DNA of 64,000 nucleotides from Takakia lepidozioides (taxonomy: Eukaryota > Plantae > Bryophyta): positions 77,810,001 through 77,874,000 of the forward strand of contig CM060731.1 of the NCBI GenBank assembly GCA_030704615.1, in the 5' to 3' direction. Each line of letters opens with the position of its first letter. Within the stretch, counting starts at the first letter, position 1. Below the pieces are notes generated by a model. The model was not told the DNA's origin. It ran no database searches and saw only the letters and a list, made by a program, of their open reading frames with translations. Of this stretch, positions 51,700-64,000 are shown one piece after another. The translations under genes and the position numbers were made by a program.

Positions 51700-51960
51700 A
51701 CAAGCAGCCTTCAGCTCAATATAATTATGAGGTTCATCAAATGGATGTAGAGACAGCATTTTTTAGCGTGAGCTCAAGGAAGAGATTTATATGAATAATG
51801 AGATAACTTGAAGGATATACTCAAGAAAAAACTCAAACTATACAAGAGCTTATATGGGCTCAAACAAAGTCCACGCATTTGGTATGCTAGGATTCATGTT
51901 TATCTTGCGAAAGTAAAGTTCGAAAGGAGTATTGCAAACTTAAATGTTTATGTGATGCTG
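51700..51960 (+). mobile_element. Ty1/Copia reverse transcriptase relic
   Basis: EVHQMDVETAF, ELKEEIYM, LYKSLYGLKQSPRIWY. Confidence 0.9.
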
Positions 51961-53199
51961 TACATGACATTGTTGGCTTTTTTGTGGAGGGAGTTTGAGT
52001 TTCATCCATGCATAAGCTTCCAACTTTGGCTCCTTCCTTTTTAGCTCTATATTACATTTTCAGAAGCTAAGTCATAGTGATGAACATTTGGAAAAAGTGA
52101 AGATGCATGCAAAATGCAGGCCAAATGGTCTTTCTTCATGGTTTTTCTTTAATATGATATACGGGGCTTTGAATCCCCTTTAAAAAAAGAAAAAAAAACT
52201 AGAATCCACATTGATTTCAATTTTCCATTGGTCTACATTAACCTGTTATGTCATTTTATTAGAATTGTAATTATTTAAATTAATTAAATGAAAAATTTAA
52301 ATTATTATTATTGTAATTCATATATCCGGATGTTATATCCAGATTACTCTATAACCACCGGATATTATAATCTGAATATCCGGACTTATTTATATCCGAC
52401 GGATTTTTAAAAACTAAATGCATTTGGGCCCTTATTTGGGAGAAGGCAAAACCGTCTAAGCTCAGGGCCTTTCTTTGGCAGATTGCCAATAGAGTCCTCA
52501 GCGAGTTCCTAGATTTCTAGGAGGCTAACCTGTGTAATTGTTGCACGGCCAACATTAATGAATCCCTGGAGATCTACCTTCTTTACTATGTACTAGCCCT
52601 TGGCCATTTGGCCCTTGGTTTTGGAGTTCTGCTGTGCCTGGGAAGGCATCACCCCTAACCTTGTTGCTTTGCTGTTGAACTACAATCAAGCCAGTAAGGC
52701 TATGACATGCCCAGTGTTTGACTCTTCGCACTACTACTCTTTGGCAAATTTGGAAAGCCCGTTGCAACTGGGCCTTGGACAATCTTTAATACCTCCCGGA
52801 TTGAGATCCCTACCTATATCTTCAATGATCTTATTATAGTTGCTAAACTTGCCTGGGCAAAATTGTGTACAGATTTTGAAAGACACCCAGATCGTGGGCA
52901 TGTCCTCTTCGTCTCCTTCAGAGCATCTTGGGGGAATCGGGGGAGGGCAGCAAAGCCGTGAGCAGAATTTGTGAGCAGATTCCTGGATTCGTGAGCAGAT
53001 TTTGCTTGCAGACCCCAAAACCGTGGGGACAAGTGGCCTATTTCCGTGGACGCCAACTTCACTGCAAAGACGCAGTCTCTACTCCATCGGACCGAAGACA
53101 GACAGGCTCCATGACGACAAAGTGGCACGAATGCACGATGATACATTCACGGATGAATGGATTTGGGATGCACGTAAAAGTGTAACGCATGCACCAAAC

Positions 53200-53950
53200 A
53201 TTAAAGTGTCGTCAACGACATCTTAAATCGCATGCTCAGCATGAGAAATGAACCCATGAAAATCGTTGCAAGAAGAAAAATGTGGCCTGGAAAAAACCAT
53301 AGGGGGAGTTGAAACCCTGCTCAGGGAATGACGAATTAAGATGTCGCCAACGACATCTTAATCCCCTGCCCTATATATATGTAAGCCCAAAAATGGAGAA
53401 AGACTTGGGTTTACTTGAACAAAGTGGATCCATGAATGTCTCGTGAGGGATCAGCAAGCGCATGCACCAGGCATTAAGGTGTCGTCAACGACATCTTAAT
53501 CCTCTGCCCTCTTCGAAAATGGGAATTTCACCAAACAAGATAAATCACAATATATATATATATATATAAGCCCCAAAATGGAGAAAGGGCTGGGTTACTT
53601 GAACAAAGTGGATCCATGAAGACTGACTGCGTTACTGGATCTATTAAAACATTGGTGAACTCGCGATAGCGAGCATATAAAATTAGATTGGCTGGAGAGA
53701 ACCGTAGGGGGGGCTGTAATCCTGCTCAGGGAAGCACGAATTAAGATGTCGTCAACGACATCTTAATCCCATGCCTTGTTTAGACATAGGAATTTCACCA
53801 AATACGATAAGAGACAAAAATAAAATTAAATAATTAAATAAATAAATGCCCAAAAATGGGGAAAGGTTTGGGTTTACTTGATCAAAGTGGTCTCATTTCC
53901 AATAGTGGACAAATTAAGAAACATTGGTGAACTCGCGATAGTGGAGCATA
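53200..53950. repeat. Repeat block with four 28-bp hairpins (ATTAAGATGTCG-TCAA-CGACATCTTAAT)
   Basis: Hairpins at 53200, 53335, 53473 and 53740; the last has perfect 12-bp arms. Three copies of CCCAAAATGGAGAAAG...TTACTTGAACAAAGTGG at about 53385, 53570 and 53848. Confidence 0.88.
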
Positions 53951-54073
53951 TCAAAGTAATTCAACAAAGTGGAGTCATTGACACATACGGAACTCCGACA
54001 AAACACGTCTGATGTCAACTACCCTATCTCTCTGCAGAAGTGTTTGAAGGTCGCTGGGACCCATTGTGCATTG

Positions 54074-54715
54074 TTATATGCACGTGTCTCGTTGAGGATC
54101 ACAAAACATCTTGTTGTAGATGTAGTAAAGATGTTTGCATGGGACAAATTTATCTCTCTTTCCAATGGAGCTGTTTATCGTGTTGTCGAAATCCGGGCAT
54201 GTGCAATTAGGAAAATTCCCAATAGTAATCTCATAAATCCTATCATGAAGAACCGATCCCGAAGTCACCATACTGTACACCCGCCCATAGCCTGGAGGGG
54301 GGACATTAACAATTTGGGTAACCCGACACTGCAGGGTTCTCGCAGACTCAATTTTGCACTGGTTATCTGCACCTGCCTCAACACAACGAACCGGTTTTCC
54401 ATTCCTTTTCGTTGGCCAATCGTTCCCATGTGGTGGACATGTAGGGAATGCGGATGGCGTACCACGAGATGATGTTGGTGTTAGGACTGTTGGGCCTCTT
54501 GGAAGTCGAAACTCAGCATCCTCCAGCATGTCTATCTCTTGTTTGGAGAGAGATGTTCCGACCTTGACTGGCCAGACGACAGGGATGGTAGGCTTGCTGA
54601 TGACTGAATCCCGACAAGTCCCCATCACACAACGCTGAATGTCATCGAGGCAGAACCAGAACTTGTGAGGTCTAGACTCCCACGCTGAGTAATATTTGAA
54701 CAAACCTGTAATCAC
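54074..54715 (-). mobile_element. C-terminal SWIM fragment of a second, diverged member of the same transposase family
   Basis: FWFC, VWPVKVGT, GYGRVY, IGNFPNCTCPDF and PCKHLY align by eye with ORF 7423-8292. Confidence 0.9.
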
Positions 54716-54960
54716 CAGGCCAACAAAAGACCTTCGAGAATATCATCAAACCTGTTAATCCAGTGGGTGGGAGAGGCAAGTGCAGAGCAGGGACCCGTTT
54801 GTGAAATGCCACCTGATTTGAAAGTAGTGATTCAAAAATCTCACATCTACAATTGCAAACTACCCATGGATGCTCTTGCTTGTGGCATCATAGGTCACAA
54901 ACCTTTGGTTGAAAAGTTCAGACACATTGTGAGATATGTTTTGCCTACCCCATTGAAGAA

Positions 54961-59826
<4,866 letters not shown>

Positions 59827-61292
59827 CGCTCCCTCTCTCTCTTTCCCGCCTTCCCTACAAAACTTCAACGCTTCATCTATCATACATTGTTATCCATCCG
59901 CCAACTCATATTCTAAAACAGAGCGTTGCTACTGCGATTTGTACCCAGATCCTTCTGTGGGTGCCACCAACCCTAGATCAACATATTTTGCGAAGCCCCG
60001 ATGCGAGATTTGTTGGTGATGAGTTGGACGTATGCGAGCAGCTTCCTCCAAAAGGCAGCCACTGCCACGAATCCTTCGTGATGGCCGCTTGGCATGCGGT
60101 AGAAGTTCATTCATGAGGCCTTGAATGTGCACATGTAAACGTAGTCTTCTGCTGTTCTAATCACAGTGCGACTGCGCCCATTTGGAGCCGCGATCGTTTC
60201 GTTTCGTTTCGTTTGTTTGTATGTAGCAGAAATTTCCCGTGCAAACAAAATTCCGTGATAAGATCATCTGGATACGTCTTTTGATGGAGTGCTAGCGAGG
60301 AGTTATCAGTAGCAAAACTAGTCACGGTCCAGCTCCACAGACTCCCGAATTCTAGAAGGACCAGAGACAGAAAAGGATCTATGATCAGAAGATTTCCCAT
60401 GAAAGCATTGTCGAGAGATGTGCTCGTGTGGGGAGTTTTGAGGAAACAGACTACTTGTGCGCTTTTGGAGCACTATCAGATTTTCGGACGTGACAATATC
60501 TCGTACACACGTGATGCATGAAGTCTGAATAATCATGCAACTCCTCCATGCATACAACAGCGCATGAATTTGGAAAAACTGACCTGCATTTTAACTTGGC
60601 CAGAATGTTTCTTTAATCTTACAAGTTTCTACTGACACATCTGTAGTTTCTACAGGTACTACCTTTGATACATGTGAATGAATAAGGATTGACGTGCCCA
60701 TACACTCACCCCAGGTACCGTGCGATCTTGCTAACCTACATCACACACAAGAGACTTTCATTTTTGGACAGAGTGGCACACTGCATCCTAGGATCGAGCG
60801 TATCACGGAAAACCTTCACTAGTTGATTCATTCCACTCTAATCACCACCAACAGTCATTAAACACTTCACATAATTCAATCATTCACTGCACTGATATAC
60901 ATAAGACCACACTACCTACTCAAGTGAGATCTCTTACAGTTTCTGATATATATATTAGCCTCTATGTACACATCCAGGGTTGTCCTTGAATATACAGTTC
61001 GTAAAACTCAACACACTCGAACACCATTTCTAATTATGAAGGGTACTGTTGACCATCGCGTTCCGAACAAAACTGTGACTCGTCATGTCTTGGAACCAAA
61101 GAGTGGAGCCATCATCGTGCACCATCTCTGTCGTGTTTGCAAAGTTTCTACACTTCTACTCATCTGAGCCCTAATTTCATTTTTCTGAGTTGGGAACTCC
61201 CAGTGAAACATCCCCTATAAATCTCTCATTTTGCTTGTTGTTGTACAGCGCATCACTCTCTAATTTGCACTGACAGACATCTATGTATCAAT

Positions 61293-61928
61293 TTAAATGT
61301 AGTCGGAAATGACATAAGAGTAGATGACGGCACTCAGAGTGGGAATCAAAAACAGGTTTATTACCAACACGATCTGCCAGATTCCTGGTGGGACAATAAA
61401 GGCCAGTACGAACGCTGCGACTCCCGCCAACAAGAAGAGCTTCCAAGCCAAAACATGCGTATCGTCCCACACTTGTGAACTGCGAAGTGTCCAGGGATCC
61501 CGAATCCCCACAACATGGTTCTGTTCAACATAGCCGAAGACTAGTGCCAAAAGAATCATGAGCACCCCGGAAAGCACAGTAACAGCAACAGTTCCCACAA
61601 CATGATCCGTAGTATTGGCCCAAAGGACGACTAGTTGGAGTGGCAGAGAGAGAAAACAGGGAATCGCTATCACCGCCGCAATTGCCGACTGCGAAGCCGT
61701 GCCATGAGCGTCCATGAGAGGATCCCAGGTCATAAACAGAGCCAGAAGCAATGAGACTACCAGCCCCAACAAAGGGACCATCACCACCCCTACATACCGA
61801 GGCACGTCCCCCCTGCCCCAGTCCATCTGCTCTGGAAGCCAAGCCCATGTGGCCAGCCCGATGAGCACTCCTGTTGCAGCCAAAGCTGCTGCAGTCTCCA
61901 CAGCCCACAACGTCGCCGGCCTCGCCAT
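61293..61928 (-). CDS. SdpI/YhfL-family polytopic membrane protein, intronless, 211 aa
   Basis: About six hydrophobic segments. NHVVGIRDPWTLRSSQVWDDTHVLAWKLF matches the SdpI signature NxxxGIRTPWTLxSxxVWxxTH. The N-terminal LPEQM and DP and the C-terminal IYSY are also family-typical. Confidence 0.85.
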   Translation of the reverse strand: MARPATLWAVETAAALAATGVLIGLATWAWLPEQMDWGRGDVPRYVGVVMVPLLGLVVSLLLALFMTWDPLMDAHGTASQSAIAAVIAIPCFLSLPLQLVVLWANTTDHVVGTVAVTVLSGVLMILLALVFGYVEQNHVVGIRDPWTLRSSQVWDDTHVLAWKLFLLAGVAAFVLAFIVPPGIWQIVLVINLFLIPTLSAVIYSYVISDYI

Positions 61929-64000
61929 CGCTTCTCCTCTCTTGTGGTGCTTGATCCCTTCAGCACGACCTTCCTGTGATCGGTAACCCACCTCAGATCT
62001 TGCACTAGAGTACAGACCCCTCTCTCCTCCTCCTCCTCCAGAAACCCACCTGAGAATCTACACTTGGCAGGCTCTCTCTCCCCATACATCCCTTTTTTCC
62101 GCCAGGAACAGGCTGCTCAGCTTCCTCTTGCTTTCATGCAGCTGTGTGTGCAGGGCACCTGGAGTTTGACTCACACTCCCGTTCCAATCTGAAATAGCTG
62201 CTTGCAAGTCACAAATCTTCGTCGCAGTATTTGATGGGTGGCACTGTGTTGAATGTTTCAAATAGGCAGTAAACTGTCACTGGATCTTCCAGTTGCTTGA
62301 ATTGTACACGTTGATTCTCGACCCCCAGCCCCCCAAGTAGCTCTCTCTTGCATGCCTTTCCTGTGCACGATCCTGGATTGCTCCAAGATTGAAAGGTTGA
62401 GATCATTTCAGATTTCCCTCTGCTCAATACTGACATGCAAAACGCCACGGATTCAGTCACTCAGCCCTTCAAAAGTTCATGCTCGTTCTTCTATTGGCTT
62501 AAGTTCTATGATCATGTTTATTTTACTTAGTTATTTTCTTATATCTACTATTGTGGGGTATAGTAGTATCTGATGAGTGTAGACTACTGAGACCTAACAA
62601 AAGGGGGGTGCAATGATTTATATATTTTTAAATAAATAAAGTGGGAGAAGATAAAGAAAAACTCCTAATTCTAGCGACTACTGAAGGTCGGAGACTAGTT
62701 TAACGTAAGACGGCGCCATAGCGCTAGGTCATCATAGCCACGTCATCATTACCACGTTTCATCGTCAATTGTTTTTGGGACCTGCCCGCATTGCCCGAGA
62801 GGTGTCTTGCAGCGCGGATGATGTCCCCGCGTGCTTGAGTTTCGCACACCAATAGCAGATGGAGACATTTGCAGATTATGAGATACACACCGCAGGAGCT
62901 CTAACTTAACAGCTGGAATTTGCATGATTGTGGCTTTTTTCTAATGTACGATGTGAAGAAGCTTGCTTGTTTTTCCACCATTGAAATAAATCTTTCTACA
63001 CGGATAAAGAAACTCTTCTAAGAGAAAAAGAAAATACATGGGGAGTGCGGTTACAAAATATAACCCATTATCCGGGTGCGTTACAGACCGTAACGCACTT
63101 CAGGAGGGTTCCTTTCAGTGTTTTTTTTTTCACTTTTCCAATATCGCCAGAAAGGCTACATATAAATTCTATCCAAGTGCCCATGTGGCGAAAAGTGGCT
63201 ATACAAACGGTGTCACATTTTAACAGGTCCACGTAGGAAAATTCTGGCTCCTGATATATAACCATTGGCGCTTTCTGGCGAAGTTTTACTCCCAAAATTC
63301 CCTTATAAAAGTAGCCGACCCATAAACGTCATAGGCAATATCATAGCCAGGCCGATTTGTCATAGCGGTGCCCTGTGTCATCAGAGCGATGACGGCAACT
63401 ACTAACTGAGAGATGTTTGGACCACTAAAAGCAGCTGCATGCCTGACCGATTTCCTTCGTTCCGCAACTTTCTCCCACGGTGAAATTGAACTTTGTTGTG
63501 CGGTGAGGGAGAGTCCAATTCGCCATTCACAGCGAGGCTGGCCTTTGCCGATGGACCCGGGACTTAACATATGTTAAACAACGTGGACACTTAGGAGGCC
63601 CCCAGTGGAGAAGGCCAGGCGATTCTCACCAGCTGGATGCATGCAGGTCCAAAAAAGCTGCGAGCTCTCCTCTTTTTCTTTTCAATTGTTGGTGTAGCCT
63701 CCTGGGACGACAATAGTCTGAAACTAGTATATTACACCTACAGCAATCTAAATTTCTTAGTGTATCATGGAGGAGCTGCCATAACCAAGTATGGGACAGT
63801 CAACCCAGAATCTGGAGGCCAAATGGTCGGCCAGACTGTTCCCCAACTCACATTCCTAGATGATGTTCTACACCAAATCGGAACTCCACAGCGAGTGTTC
63901 TAAATGGAAGTACTATTGGGCACCCCTTTTCCAGTCACTCCGGTGTCTGAAGACCGATACAACAGCTCATATGGAAGCTCAACAGAGCCATACCGGTTCT

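Noticed and set aside
52555-53185. Short ORFs left of the hairpin block
   Set aside because: Multiple stops and no recognisable homology; probably the decayed interior of the element.
63637-64000. Signal-peptide-like ORF with LVYHGG, faintly like EXORDIUM/PHI-1
   Set aside because: The similarity covers only a few residues, there is an early stop at 63903, and it is truncated by the window edge.

Overview
Eukaryotic nuclear DNA from a land plant. A non-seed lineage (bryophyte, lycophyte or fern) is inferred from the spliceosomal introns, a VQ protein, a PLS-type PPR relic, Copia and LINE elements, and a fused ALKBH8-Trm9. Bases 1-14.3 kb are nested transposons. The largest is a two-gene Mutator-like DNA element running off the left edge. 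It has a decayed GCM-like/DDE/SWIM transposase (+), a divergent intact multi-exon gene with a ParB/Srx-type DGNHR motif (-), and an array of CGCCGGCG-centred palindromes between them. This element is inserted into a LINE carrying a 2A-like peptide, which lies next to a PPR fragment and a Copia 3' end. Bases 15.5-62 kb hold host genes: ALKBH8 fused to Trm9, TAF7 with a U12 AT-AC intron, a VQ protein, MTA/SAH nucleosidase, an intron-rich bacterial-type S9 peptidase, PRMT3, and an intronless SdpI-family membrane protein of bacterial type. MITEs, tandem repeats and a second SWIM-transposase fragment with hairpin repeats are interspersed. The best candidate for an undescribed system is the transposase + ParB-like accessory gene + palindrome array. 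All family assignments come from motif recognition by eye, not from database searches.
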